Assembly (NCBI GenBank): GCA_964600225.1
Contig: CAZRIT010000003.1
Coordinates: 13,400 to 77,399, forward strand
Length of the DNA stretch: 64,000 nucleotides
Direction: 5' to 3'
DNA from: an uncultured Oscillospiraceae bacterium
GTDB lineage: Bacteria > Bacillota > Clostridia > Christensenellales > CAG-138
The translations under genes and the position numbers were made by a program. Position 1 is the stretch's first letter, and the number at the start of each line of letters is the position of its first letter. This document shows positions 25,622 through 35,347 of the stretch, piece after piece. The notes beneath the pieces were generated by a model, which was not told the DNA's origin, did not search any database, and saw nothing but the letters and a program-made list of their open reading frames with translations.

Positions 25622-26443
25622 ATGAATGAACAATCATCGCGTGCCAAAAATATGCGCCTCGGCTTTGCCGCCAATCCCGAAAAGGAGGGCGCGGAGGCGT
25701 TGTTGCATTCCCTTGTGGAAACGGCGCAAAAGCGGGGCTGCGTATGCGTGGAGTACCGCTGCGCCGACCAGGTGCGTCAGGCGGCCGAGAAGCCGTCGTT
25801 TCTGGTGGTGATCGGCGGCGACGGGTCGCTTTTGCGGTATGCAAGCGCGTGCGCCGAGTGCGGCGTCCCGCTGCTGGGGATCAACCTTGGCCGCATCGGG
25901 TTTTTGAGCGAGGTGGCGATCGATGCGTTCCCCACCGCGCTGGAACGCTTGCTCAACGGCGACTATCGGCTGGAGGCGCGTATGATGCTATCCTGCACCG
26001 TCAACGGCGGCGCGCCCTCGCTGTGCCTAAACGACATTCTGGTGTTCAAAAACTCGTTTTCGGGCACGGCGCAGATCGACGTTGCGGTGGACGGGCTGGA
26101 GGTGGGCACGGTGTTTTGCGACGGCATCATTGCCGCAACGCCAACGGGCTCCACGGCCTATTCGCTGTCCGCGGGCGGGCCTGTGGTGGCAAACGGGCTG
26201 GATACCATTGTGGTTACGCCCATCTGCTCGCACACGCTGCATGTACGGCCCATCGTATCCGCCAGAGAGGCGGAATGGACGTTTGCCGTGCACGGCAAGG
26301 GGTTTGTCGCGGCCGACGGCATGAAGATGACCACCATCGGCAACGACGATTTGATCCGCATCACGGGCGCGCGGGAGCGGGCGCTGTTTGTACGGTTTGG
26401 GGAGAAGAACGTATTTGAACTGATTCGGCAGAAGCTGAGCTGA
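25622..26443 (+). CDS. nadK: NAD kinase
   Basis: 'FLVVIGGDGSLLR', 'LLGINLGRIGFLSEV', 'ATPTGSTAYSLSAGGP'. Alternative start at 25652. Confidence 0.85.
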   Translation: MNEQSSRAKNMRLGFAANPEKEGAEALLHSLVETAQKRGCVCVEYRCADQVRQAAEKPSFLVVIGGDGSLLRYASACAECGVPLLGINLGRIGFLSEVAIDAFPTALERLLNGDYRLEARMMLSCTVNGGAPSLCLNDILVFKNSFSGTAQIDVAVDGLEVGTVFCDGIIAATPTGSTAYSLSAGGPVVANGLDTIVVTPICSHTLHVRPIVSAREAEWTFAVHGKGFVAADGMKMTTIGNDDLIRITGARERALFVRFGEKNVFELIRQKLS

Positions 26444-26471
26444 CACACAGGGACGGGAACGGAGTAACAAC

Positions 26472-26921
26472 ATGAAAGCCAAACGACACGAAATGATCAC
26501 CAAGCTCATCGCGACGACCAATGTCGAAACGCAGGAGGAGCTGGCCGAAAAGCTGCGCGATTACGGCTTTTCGGTGACACAGGCGACGGTTTCGCGCGAT
26601 ATCAAGGAACTGCGGCTGGTCAAGGTACTCACCCCCGAGGGGCACTACCGCTATGCAACGGTAGAGCGCGCGGAGGCGGATTTGCAGGAGCGGTTCATCC
26701 GCATGTTCAGCAACTGCGTCGTTTCCGTGGTTGCCGCGGGCAACCTGATTGTGCTCAAGACCATCACGGGCAGCGCGTCGGCCGCTGCGGAGGCGGTGGA
26801 CTCGCTCAAGTGGACGGAGATACTCGGCACCATCGCGGGCGACAACACCATATTCATCGCCATACGCGACGCCAAGTACGCGGGCGAACTGGTCAAAAAG
26901 TTTCAAAAGATGCTCAAGTAG
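26472..26921 (+). CDS. argR: arginine repressor
   Basis: 'KAKRHEMITKLI...TQEELAEKLRDYGFSVTQATVSRDIKEL', 'GTIAGDNTIFI'. Confidence 0.9.
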   Translation: MKAKRHEMITKLIATTNVETQEELAEKLRDYGFSVTQATVSRDIKELRLVKVLTPEGHYRYATVERAEADLQERFIRMFSNCVVSVVAAGNLIVLKTITGSASAAAEAVDSLKWTEILGTIAGDNTIFIAIRDAKYAGELVKKFQKMLK

Positions 26922-26933
26922 GAGGACAAGCCC

Positions 26934-28607
26934 TTGCTGCGTCGTCTGTCCATCGGCAACATTGCGCTGATCGATCAACTGGATATGACATTTTACGATG
27001 GATTTTCCGTTATGACGGGTGAAACCGGCGCAGGAAAATCCATCATTATCGAAGCGCTCAATTTTGTGCTGGGCGAGCGCGCCAGCAGGGAACTGATCCA
27101 ATCGGGCGCGGCAAAGGCGTATGCCGAGGCCACCTTTACATTGGCCGAGGGCGACGCCGTGCAGGCCGTGATGGAGGAGTTTGCCATCGAGGCGGACGAG
27201 GGCGAGCTGACGCTGTATCGCGAGCTGACGGCAGGCGGCAAGAACGTCTGCCGCGCCAACGGCATCCTCATCACCGCCAACATACTCAAGCGCATCGGGG
27301 ACGCGTTGGTCGATATCCACGGCCAGCACGCGCACCAGTCCCTGCTCAACCCCAAGCTGCATATCGACCTGCTGGACGCGTTTGCGGGCGAACGGATACT
27401 GCCCGTGAAGGAGCGCGTGCGCGCCATGTGCAGGCTGGCGCAGGAGACGGCAAGGGCGCTGCAATCGGCCGAGATGGACGAGCGCGAGCGCGAGCGGCGC
27501 ATCGACCTGCTAACATATCAGGTCAAGGAGATTGACGAGGCCAAGCTGACCGACGGCGAGGAGGAAACGCTCACCGAGCAGCGCGGAATCTTGCAAAACG
27601 CGCAGTCCATCATGGATGCGCTGGAGATCGGCGCCGAGGCGCTCAACGGCGAGGAGGGCGCGCTTTCCGCCATGTCCGCAGCGCAGCGGGCTCTGGACGC
27701 CATCGCCCCGTTTCACAGCGATTATGCCGATGCGGCGGATAAGCTGCGCGAGGCATACTATGCGCTGGAGGATACGGCGTACGCGGTGCGGGATATGCGA
27801 AACGGCTTTTCCTACGAGCCCAAGCAGCTCGACGAAATCGAGTGGCGGCTGGAACAGTTGACGGCGTTGAAGCGCAAGTACGGCGCAAGCATCGCGGAGG
27901 TGCTGGCCTACCGCGAAGAGAGCGTGCGGGAGCTGGAGTTGCTGGAGGGCATCGAGGAGCGCCGTGAAAAGCTGACCAAAGCCAACGAAGCCGCGCAAAA
28001 CGATTATCGGCAGGCGGCGCAGGCGTTGACCGAAATCCGTCAGGAGACGGCCGCGCTGCTGAAGGAACGGCTGCTGCCCGAGCTGAATGATTTGGGCATG
28101 CCGCACGCGGCGTTTGCCGCCGAGGTGACCGAAAGCGGGACGGCGATTGCGCCCAACGGCAGCGACAATGTGGAGTTTTTGCTGTCCACCAACCGCGGCG
28201 AACCGCTCAAGCCCTTGTCCCGCGTGGCGTCGGGCGGCGAAATCTCGCGCATCATGCTGGCGTTCAAATCCGTACTGAGCGATTTGGACGGCATCCCCAC
28301 GATGGTGTTTGACGAAATCGATTCGGGCATCAGCGGGCGCATCGGCACGGATGTGGCCGTTAAGATGCGGCAAATTGCCAAGCGCCATCAGGTGCTGTGC
28401 ATCACGCACCTGCCGCAGATTGCCGCCTATGCAAACAGACAATATTTGGTATTTAAGCAAACCGACGGCACGCGCACGCACACCGATGCGCTGCTGCTGG
28501 ACGACGAGCGCCGCGCATCGGAGATTGCGCGGATCATGGGCAGTGCGCCAGACGATGCGGTGGCCTTGCAGCACGCACGGCAATTGATGGAGGCGGCGCG
28601 GGCGTAG
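26934..28607 (+). CDS. recN: DNA repair protein RecN
   Basis: 'LRRLSIGNIALIDQLDMTF..GFSVMTGETGAGKSIIIEAL', 'ASGGEISRIMLAFK', 'VFDEIDSGISG'. TTG start with an AGGAGG SD. Confidence 0.95.
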   Translation: MLRRLSIGNIALIDQLDMTFYDGFSVMTGETGAGKSIIIEALNFVLGERASRELIQSGAAKAYAEATFTLAEGDAVQAVMEEFAIEADEGELTLYRELTAGGKNVCRANGILITANILKRIGDALVDIHGQHAHQSLLNPKLHIDLLDAFAGERILPVKERVRAMCRLAQETARALQSAEMDERERERRIDLLTYQVKEIDEAKLTDGEEETLTEQRGILQNAQSIMDALEIGAEALNGEEGALSAMSAAQRALDAIAPFHSDYADAADKLREAYYALEDTAYAVRDMRNGFSYEPKQLDEIEWRLEQLTALKRKYGASIAEVLAYREESVRELELLEGIEERREKLTKANEAAQNDYRQAAQALTEIRQETAALLKERLLPELNDLGMPHAAFAAEVTESGTAIAPNGSDNVEFLLSTNRGEPLKPLSRVASGGEISRIMLAFKSVLSDLDGIPTMVFDEIDSGISGRIGTDVAVKMRQIAKRHQVLCITHLPQIAAYANRQYLVFKQTDGTRTHTDALLLDDERRASEIARIMGSAPDDAVALQHARQLMEAARA

Positions 28608-28649
28608 GAGCGCATATTTTCGGCCATCCTTCCGAAACCTAAGTGCGTT

Positions 28650-29948
28650 ATGAAGGAATGGCTGAATGGGAAATCCCCGTTGATCGGTAAACAAAATCGA
28701 ATCCGCATGCGGCTGATGCAATGCCTTGGCATATTGGCATGCGTGCCGATGATGGCGCTGTATCTGTCGGCGCCCATGCGGGCGCTGCGCGAAATGCCCG
28801 CGGCCATCCGTCTGCCGCGCGGCGCGGCGGCCGAGGATACGGCTTGGCAGCGGCCAAAATGGCTGACGGCCGATACCGTGGCGGTGCCCGTTTCGCAGCG
28901 GGGCGACGAACGGCTGACGGATATCGATCGGTTCACGCGCACCTATCGGCTGTTCGGCGTGGTGCCGATCAAGACCGTCGAGGTGCTGCGCACCGATGAG
29001 GTATACCTGGTACCCGGCGGCGCGGCGGTGGGCATCACCATCCATACGCGCGGCGTGATGGTGGTGGGCCTGGGCGCGGTGGATACCGCGGGCGGGGCGC
29101 TGAGCCCCGGCAGCGTGGCGGGCATCCGTGCGGGCGACGTAATCGTTTCCGCAGGCGGCGTGGCCGTTCGGGACGCGGAGCATCTCATGCAGCTATCCCA
29201 GTCGTGCGACGGGCTGATGACCGTAACGCTGGAACGCGAGGGCACGCGCGTGGATACCGCGGTGCGGTTGGTGGCCGACGCCGTGGACGGGGCGCTGCGC
29301 ATGGGATTGTGGGTGCGCGACAGCACCGCGGGCGTTGGCACGCTTTCCTTTTACGATGCGGAAACGGGCTGGTTTGCAGCGCTCGGGCACCCCGTCAACG
29401 ATGTGGATACGCAATCGCTGTTGCCTGTTGGCGAGGGCAAAATTGTATCGGCCGAGGTGCTGGATGTGCGCACGGGCGCGGAAGGGTATCCCGGCGAACT
29501 GGTGGGCGTGTTTGACGAAAGCATCGGCGCTCTGGGCGATATCCGCCTGAATACGGAGTTTGGGGTATTCGGGCCGATGCGCGCGCCCTATCAAAACCCC
29601 GTGATGTATCAACTGCCGCTCGGGTACGCGTACGAGGCGCACACGGGCGCGGCGTCCATACTGGCCACGGTATCGGATGTGGGCGTGCAGTCGTTTTCGT
29701 GCGAGATCATCCGCGTCAACGCGCAGTCCAACGCCGCCACCAAGGGCATGATTGTACAGGTGACGGATGAAAAGCTGATGGCGCAGACGGGCGGCATCGT
29801 GCAGGGCATGAGCGGCTGCCCGCTGATACAGGATGGCAAGCTGGTGGGCGTGGTCACGCATGTGTTTGTCAACGACCCCACGCGCGGGTATTGCGTGTAT
29901 GCCGAATGGATGCGTGAAATCCTGCTGGGCGCCGCCAAGGCGACATAG
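28650..29948 (+). CDS. spoIVB: SpoIVB peptidase (S55) with PDZ domain
   Basis: 'GVGTLSFYDAETGWFAALGHPV', 'GGIVQGMSGCPLIQDGKLVGVVTHVFVNDPTRGYCVYAEWM'. Confidence 0.9.
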   Translation: MKEWLNGKSPLIGKQNRIRMRLMQCLGILACVPMMALYLSAPMRALREMPAAIRLPRGAAAEDTAWQRPKWLTADTVAVPVSQRGDERLTDIDRFTRTYRLFGVVPIKTVEVLRTDEVYLVPGGAAVGITIHTRGVMVVGLGAVDTAGGALSPGSVAGIRAGDVIVSAGGVAVRDAEHLMQLSQSCDGLMTVTLEREGTRVDTAVRLVADAVDGALRMGLWVRDSTAGVGTLSFYDAETGWFAALGHPVNDVDTQSLLPVGEGKIVSAEVLDVRTGAEGYPGELVGVFDESIGALGDIRLNTEFGVFGPMRAPYQNPVMYQLPLGYAYEAHTGAASILATVSDVGVQSFSCEIIRVNAQSNAATKGMIVQVTDEKLMAQTGGIVQGMSGCPLIQDGKLVGVVTHVFVNDPTRGYCVYAEWMREILLGAAKAT

Positions 29949-29986
29949 CGCGGCAACAACGGACAGAGGGGGATGGGAGTGGGCGA

Positions 29987-30748
29987 ATGATCAGTACGAT
30001 GCTCATTGCGGGGAACAACGCCGCCGAAACGGCCGCGCTGGAAAAGGTGTTCTCCTATCTGGAGGATATTACGCTGCTGCCAGCGGTGCACGATGGCAGG
30101 GCGGCCGTTGATACCATCCTGCATCACAAGGTCGATATCCTGCTGCTGGATATGTTTTTGCAGCAGCTCGACGGGCTTTGCGTGATCGAACAGGTTGATC
30201 GGCTTGCTGAGGATCGCCGCCCGCTGATATTCGTCATGACCGATATCTCCGACGACCGCTTTTTGCACCGCGTGCGCGATAGGATCATCTATTGCTTTGT
30301 CAAGCCATTGCAATACGAGCTGGTGCAGCTTAGGGTGCTGGAGCTTTCGCGCACGGTGTACGCATCGGCCGGCGCCAAGGAGGCAAAGATTGATTTGCTG
30401 GATCGGCAGATTGCCGCGGATGTGCGCGCCATCGGCGTGCCCGCGCACCTGAAGGGCTACTATTATCTGCGCGACGCCATCCGCATCTATGCGCTCTCCA
30501 ACCGTCCCACCGAGATCAGCATCACCAACGATATCTATCCCATGGTCGCCAAGATGTACAACACCCGCCCGACGCTGGTGGAGCACGCCATCCGCAACGC
30601 CATCGAGATTGCGTGGACGCGCGGCAACCTGGATACCATCTACGAATACTTCGGCTATACCGTCAACGATTACAAGGGCAAGCCCAGCAATCGGGAATTC
30701 GTGGCGATGATGGCAGAGCGCGCGCTGAACGATTTGAAGCGGCGCTGA
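29987..30748 (+). CDS. spo0A: sporulation master regulator Spo0A (atypical receiver: DD pocket replaced by GN)
   Basis: C-domain 'GVPAHLKGYYYLRDAIRIY', 'HAIRNAIEIAWTRGNLDTIYEYFGYTVNDYKGKPSNREFVAMMAE'. Receiver 'MLIAGNNAAE...DILLLDMFLQQLDG...IFVMTD...CFVKPL'. Confidence 0.9.
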   Translation: MISTMLIAGNNAAETAALEKVFSYLEDITLLPAVHDGRAAVDTILHHKVDILLLDMFLQQLDGLCVIEQVDRLAEDRRPLIFVMTDISDDRFLHRVRDRIIYCFVKPLQYELVQLRVLELSRTVYASAGAKEAKIDLLDRQIAADVRAIGVPAHLKGYYYLRDAIRIYALSNRPTEISITNDIYPMVAKMYNTRPTLVEHAIRNAIEIAWTRGNLDTIYEYFGYTVNDYKGKPSNREFVAMMAERALNDLKRR

Positions 30749-30772
30749 GCGCTTTCCGTTATGCATCATCAC

Positions 30773-30822
30773 AAATAAAACGGCGGCTGTGCGGGGTTTC
30801 CCGCACAGCCGCCGTCTGTTGC
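30773..30822. terminator. bidirectional terminator, 15-bp stem CGGCGGCTGTGCGGG/CCCGCACAGCCGCCG
   Basis: Between the convergent spo0A and 5'-nucleotidase genes. A/T runs on both sides, with TTTTATTT on the minus strand. Confidence 0.7.
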
Positions 30823-30838
30823 ACTGCCGCAAAAGCGG

Positions 30839-32515
30839 TTATTTTTTGTCCTTGATGATGATGCGGTCCGCGCCGTACGGATCGGCATAATCGGCGGCAT
30901 GCGTGGCAAACTGCTCGGTGATGTAGTTGCTCAGCGCCATGTTGTCGATGATGAACTCATCCAGCAGCAGCTCGCAATCCACAAACATCGTGTAGCCGTC
31001 GCCGCAGTTTTTGATCATGTAGTTATGGCTGACGAGCGTGTAGGTTTTGTTGAGGTCGAGCGGTTCGCCGCCGACCATGACGTTTTTCACGCGGTACTCG
31101 CCGCTGACGCCCGTGAACATCCCGTCCTTATCCATGGTGACGGAGGAGGGGACGTAGGTGTGGATTTCGTACGTCAGGCCCGATACCTGCAAAAAGCCGC
31201 CGAATTCCGCGGGCAGCGATTTGGTGCCAAATTCCAGCGCATCCAGTACCTGCTGGCCCGTGGCGTTGATTTTGCAGAGCATGTTGCCAAACGGGAACAC
31301 CGCAAGGATTTCGCCGAAGGTGACGTCGCCCGCTTCCATGTTGGTGCGGATGCCGCCGCCGTTGGACAGGCCGATTTCGGCGTCGCCCGCGGCGCGGTAT
31401 GCATCGGCGCACAGGTCGCCCAGGTTGGTTTCGGCCACGCGGATGATGCGCTCATCCGCCTTCTTGGGATCCATGACGACCAGGTCGTTGGGCAGGCTGG
31501 CGACGACGGTGTTGAGCACGGCCTCATACTCGCTCTGGCATGTTTCGATGAACGCCGTGGTGTCGTTATCGCGCATCGGGCTGTAGGAAACAAGCTTCGT
31601 CTTGGCATGGCCTTGGCCATCGATGGTCAACACGCCAAAAGACGATAGCTGCGTGCCCGTGGATGACAGCAGCACGTCCGCGCCGTCCTTGTTCTTGACC
31701 AGCTCGTTGGGCAGCACGCTGTGGGAGTGGCCGTCGAGCACGACGTCGATGCCCGTGGTGTTTTCGATCATGTTGGAGGAGATGTACGGCTCCGTGGAGG
31801 CGTCGATGCCCAGGTGGGCAAGCGCAACCACATAATCGGCGCCCTCGGCGCGCGCAGCGTCAACGGTGGCCTGCACCGCGGCCCACAGCGCTTCGCCCGT
31901 GTCATCCTGCATAAAGCCGTAGATGAAGTTGCGGTTGTCGTCCATAAAGTAGGTGGGTGTGCTGGAGGTGATGGTGCGCGGCGTGGAAATGCCCAGCAGC
32001 GCAACCTGTTTGCCCGCAATCTCCTTGATGACGTACGGCTGATAGACGGGGCTGTTATCCTTCAGGTTCACAAAGTTGAGCGAAAGCAGCGGGAACTCGG
32101 CCTGTTCGGCCAGTTCGGCAAGCCGATCCGCGCCGTAATCAAACTCGTGGTTGCCGATGGCCATGGCGTCGTAGCCCACATAGTTCATGATGTCGATGAT
32201 GCTCTTGCCCTCGGTAAACGAGCCGATGGGCGCGCCCTGCACGGCGTCGCCGCAGTCCACAAGCAGCACCTCGTTGCCCTTGGCAATGAGATCCTTTTTG
32301 TAGGCGGCCAGGCCCGAGTAGCCGATGGCGCCGTCCACGGCGCAGTGGGCGTCGTTGGTGTACAGGATGGTGATGTCCTTTTGCGCGGGTGCGGCTGCCG
32401 CAGGCGTGGCCGCGGCGGGTTGCTTGGCGCAGCCGACGAACACGGCTGCCACAAGGCAGACGATCAGCACAAGCGCCGTCAACCTCTTGATGGATGGGGC
32501 ATGATGTTTGAACAT
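30839..32515 (-). CDS. 5'-nucleotidase/2',3'-cyclic phosphodiesterase-family lipoprotein (metallophosphatase + 5'-NT C-domain)
   Basis: Lipobox 'AAVFVGCAK'. 'ILYTNDAHC', 'VDCGDAVQG', 'IGNHEFDYG'. ATG 32515 preceded by AGGAGG. Confidence 0.85.
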   Translation of the reverse strand: MFKHHAPSIKRLTALVLIVCLVAAVFVGCAKQPAAATPAAAAPAQKDITILYTNDAHCAVDGAIGYSGLAAYKKDLIAKGNEVLLVDCGDAVQGAPIGSFTEGKSIIDIMNYVGYDAMAIGNHEFDYGADRLAELAEQAEFPLLSLNFVNLKDNSPVYQPYVIKEIAGKQVALLGISTPRTITSSTPTYFMDDNRNFIYGFMQDDTGEALWAAVQATVDAARAEGADYVVALAHLGIDASTEPYISSNMIENTTGIDVVLDGHSHSVLPNELVKNKDGADVLLSSTGTQLSSFGVLTIDGQGHAKTKLVSYSPMRDNDTTAFIETCQSEYEAVLNTVVASLPNDLVVMDPKKADERIIRVAETNLGDLCADAYRAAGDAEIGLSNGGGIRTNMEAGDVTFGEILAVFPFGNMLCKINATGQQVLDALEFGTKSLPAEFGGFLQVSGLTYEIHTYVPSSVTMDKDGMFTGVSGEYRVKNVMVGGEPLDLNKTYTLVSHNYMIKNCGDGYTMFVDCELLLDEFIIDNMALSNYITEQFATHAADYADPYGADRIIIKDKK

Positions 32516-32679
32516 AAAATGCGTTCCTCCTAACAAATTTGTACGGCGGCCGTAGGGCGTATCCGACGTACATCCTTATTATAACAGATGATTCGCATTT
32601 TGGGGGTGGGTTTGGTGCGATCGGTGGGAATATATGATGCGGAACGCATGGCGGCGGACAATCCCGCATACGCTGCACC

Positions 32680-33279
32680 ATGGGGCGGATTGGCATAAAA
32701 CAGCGGACAGGCGGTGCGGCGCGCGGCGTAAGGGCTGCGGGCGTTGCCGCCTGGTGCGGCATGATGACGCTGGGCGCGGCCATGGGCAGGGCGCTGTTTG
32801 AAACGCTCCGAAAGGATGCGTTTGCGGCGCTGCTGGCGGCGGCGCAAACGGGCGAACCCGCCGCAGTGCCGTCGCTGCTGCTTTCGGTGCGGTCGGTATT
32901 GCCCATGGCGCTGTACGGCATGACGATGCTGCTGTGCGGCTGTTCGAGGTGGCTGCTGCCGCTGTGGGCGGCGGCCGTGGCGGCGGCGGGCATGGTGACG
33001 GGCGCGGCGGCGGCGGTCGGTCTGTGCCTGTGGGAAGCGGGCCATTGGCAAGTGGTGCTGGGCACGATGGGCTTGCAGGCGGTGATCCTGCTGCCGCAGA
33101 TGCTGCTTATAGCGCTGTGGCCGCCGGAGCGCGCGTGGGGAACGCGCCTCCTGCCGCGGCAGGAGGCGGACGGGGCGGACGTGACGCGTTTTTTGATACG
33201 CCTGACGGTAGCCTGCGTATCGTCATCGCTGATGCAAACGGCGTCGTACGCGTGGTGGGTGCGCGCATTGTTCCGTTGA
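32680..33279 (+). CDS. polytopic membrane protein, possibly SpoIIM-like; start uncertain
   Basis: Weak resemblance to B. subtilis SpoIIM: 'GLQAVILLPQMLLIALW' versus 'FVSVLPQNLLLIPAYL'. About 5 hydrophobic segments. Ala/Gly-rich, so the call is tentative. Confidence 0.4.
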   Translation: MGRIGIKQRTGGAARGVRAAGVAAWCGMMTLGAAMGRALFETLRKDAFAALLAAAQTGEPAAVPSLLLSVRSVLPMALYGMTMLLCGCSRWLLPLWAAAVAAAGMVTGAAAAVGLCLWEAGHWQVVLGTMGLQAVILLPQMLLIALWPPERAWGTRLLPRQEADGADVTRFLIRLTVACVSSSLMQTASYAWWVRALFR

Positions 33280-33325
33280 CGCTTGCCCGAAGGGCATGGT
33301 ACACTAACGCCGTGAGGTGAACAAC

Positions 33326-34501
33326 ATGAAACGACGCGTGATACTGATTGTACTGGATAGCGTAGGCATCGGCGCCATGCCCGATGCGGCGCGGTTTGGC
33401 GACGAGGGCGCGCATACCCTTGGCAATATTTACAAGCTGCGCGGCAAATTGAACCTGCCAAACCTGTATCAGCTGGGCCTATCAAGCATTGCCGACAGCC
33501 GTTTGCCCAAGCCCGAGGGCGAGGCGACGGGGGCGTTCGGCCGCCTGGCGGAGCAGACGTTGGCAAAGGACACCACCTGCGGGCACTGGGAGATGGCGGG
33601 CCTGCCGCTGGACAAGCCGTTCCAAACCTTCCCCGACGGGTTCCCCAAGGCGTTCATCGAGGCGTTCGAACAGCGCATCGGCAGGAAAACGCTTGGCAAC
33701 TGCGTGGCCTCGGGCACGGAGATTATCCGGCGCCTCGGCGACGAGCATGCGCGCACGGGCAGCCCCATCGTCTACACCTCCGCCGACAGCGTGTTCCAGA
33801 TTGCCGCGCACGAGCAGGTGATACCGCTTGCAGAGCTGTATCATATCTGTGAGATTGCGCGCGAAATGCTGGTGGGCGAATATCTGGTGGGCCGCGTCAT
33901 TGCAAGGCCGTTTTTGGGCGCGAGCGGGCACTATTACCGCACCGAAAACCGCAAGGACTATGCCGTGGCGCCGTTTTCGGATACGATACTGGATGCGCTG
34001 GATTCCGCAGGGCACGAGGTGGTCGGCGTGGGCAAGATTGAGGATATCTTCTGCCACCGCGGCGTCACCACCGTCAACCATACCAAAAACAACCCCGACG
34101 GCATCCGTGCCGCCATCGATTATATCAAAATGGGACAGGGCGCGTTCGTGTTCGTCAACCTGGTGGATTTCGATATGCTCTACGGCCACCGCAACGATAT
34201 CGAGGGCTACGCGGCCGCGCTGGAGGCGTTCGACGCCGCGCTGCCCGAAATGCTCGGTCACCTGCAAGAGGGCGATATGTTGATGATTACGGCCGATCAC
34301 GGGTGTGACCCGACCAGCGCAAGCACCGATCACTCGCGCGAGTACATCCCGCTTGTCATCGCGGGCAGGCATGTGCGCGCGGGGGTAGACCTGGGCACCC
34401 GCCAAAGCTTTGCCGATATCGGCGCAACCATCTATGAATACCTGACGGGGAAACGGTGGGCAGCGGGTACGTCCTTTTTGAACGATATTTGGGAGGATTG
34501 A
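33326..34501 (+). CDS. deoB: phosphopentomutase
   Basis: 'RVILIVLDSVGIGAMPDA', 'TLGNI', 'ITADHGCDP'. Confidence 0.9.
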   Translation: MKRRVILIVLDSVGIGAMPDAARFGDEGAHTLGNIYKLRGKLNLPNLYQLGLSSIADSRLPKPEGEATGAFGRLAEQTLAKDTTCGHWEMAGLPLDKPFQTFPDGFPKAFIEAFEQRIGRKTLGNCVASGTEIIRRLGDEHARTGSPIVYTSADSVFQIAAHEQVIPLAELYHICEIAREMLVGEYLVGRVIARPFLGASGHYYRTENRKDYAVAPFSDTILDALDSAGHEVVGVGKIEDIFCHRGVTTVNHTKNNPDGIRAAIDYIKMGQGAFVFVNLVDFDMLYGHRNDIEGYAAALEAFDAALPEMLGHLQEGDMLMITADHGCDPTSASTDHSREYIPLVIAGRHVRAGVDLGTRQSFADIGATIYEYLTGKRWAAGTSFLNDIWED

Positions 34502-34503
34502 CA

Positions 34504-35328
34504 ATGACGCAGCTATCCGACGTTATCCATGCTGCCACGGAGCGGCTTCGCCCCCTCTGCGGCGACAACTGCCGCATCGGGCTGATACTCGGCTCGGGCC
34601 TGGGCGATTATATCGAGCGGGCAAAAAATCTGCGCACCGTGGATTATGCCGATATCCCGGGCTTTCCGCATTCGGGCGTATTGGGCCACAAGGGCCGTTT
34701 TGCCGTGGGCGAGGTGGCGGGCAAAACCGTGGTGGCCATGCAGGGACGGTTCCATTTTTACGAAGGGCATCCCGCCGAGCTGCTTGCGCTCGGCGTGCGC
34801 ACCATGAAGCGGCTGGGAGTAACGCACCTGCTGCTGACCAACGCGGCGGGCGGCGTGGATATGGATTTTCACGCGGGCGACCTGATGCTCATCACCGACC
34901 ACATCAACTTTGCGCGCGTCAACCCGCTCATCGGCGAAAACGACGATGCGTACGGCACGCGCTTCCCCGATCAATCGAACGTGTACGACCGCAATCTGCG
35001 GCAGAAGGTGCTCGAGCTGGCCAAGGCGGCGGATATCCCGCTGCGGCAGGGCGTGTACATGATGTTTTCGGGCCCCTGCTTTGAAACGCCCGCGGAGATT
35101 CGCATGGCGCGCACGCTCGGCGCATCGGCCGTGGGCATGTCCACCGTGCCCGAGGCCATCGCCGCTTCCCACTGCGGCATCCAAACGCTGGGCATTTCGC
35201 TCATTACCAACATGGCTGCGGGCATCCTGGATCAGCCGTTGACGCATGACGAGGTGCAGCAGGCCGCCGCCGAGGCCTCGGCGCGCTTTGGCGCGCTGGT
35301 GGATATGATCATCGAACGGGTGTTTTGA
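34504..35328 (+). CDS. punA: purine nucleoside phosphorylase (PNP family)
   Basis: 'IGLILGSGLG', 'GHKGRFAVGEVAGKTVVAMQGRFHFYEG', 'GMSTVPEAI'. SD GGGAGG. Confidence 0.9.
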   Translation: MTQLSDVIHAATERLRPLCGDNCRIGLILGSGLGDYIERAKNLRTVDYADIPGFPHSGVLGHKGRFAVGEVAGKTVVAMQGRFHFYEGHPAELLALGVRTMKRLGVTHLLLTNAAGGVDMDFHAGDLMLITDHINFARVNPLIGENDDAYGTRFPDQSNVYDRNLRQKVLELAKAADIPLRQGVYMMFSGPCFETPAEIRMARTLGASAVGMSTVPEAIAASHCGIQTLGISLITNMAAGILDQPLTHDEVQQAAAEASARFGALVDMIIERVF

Positions 35329-35347
35329 AGCAGGGCTTCCGCCCGCC

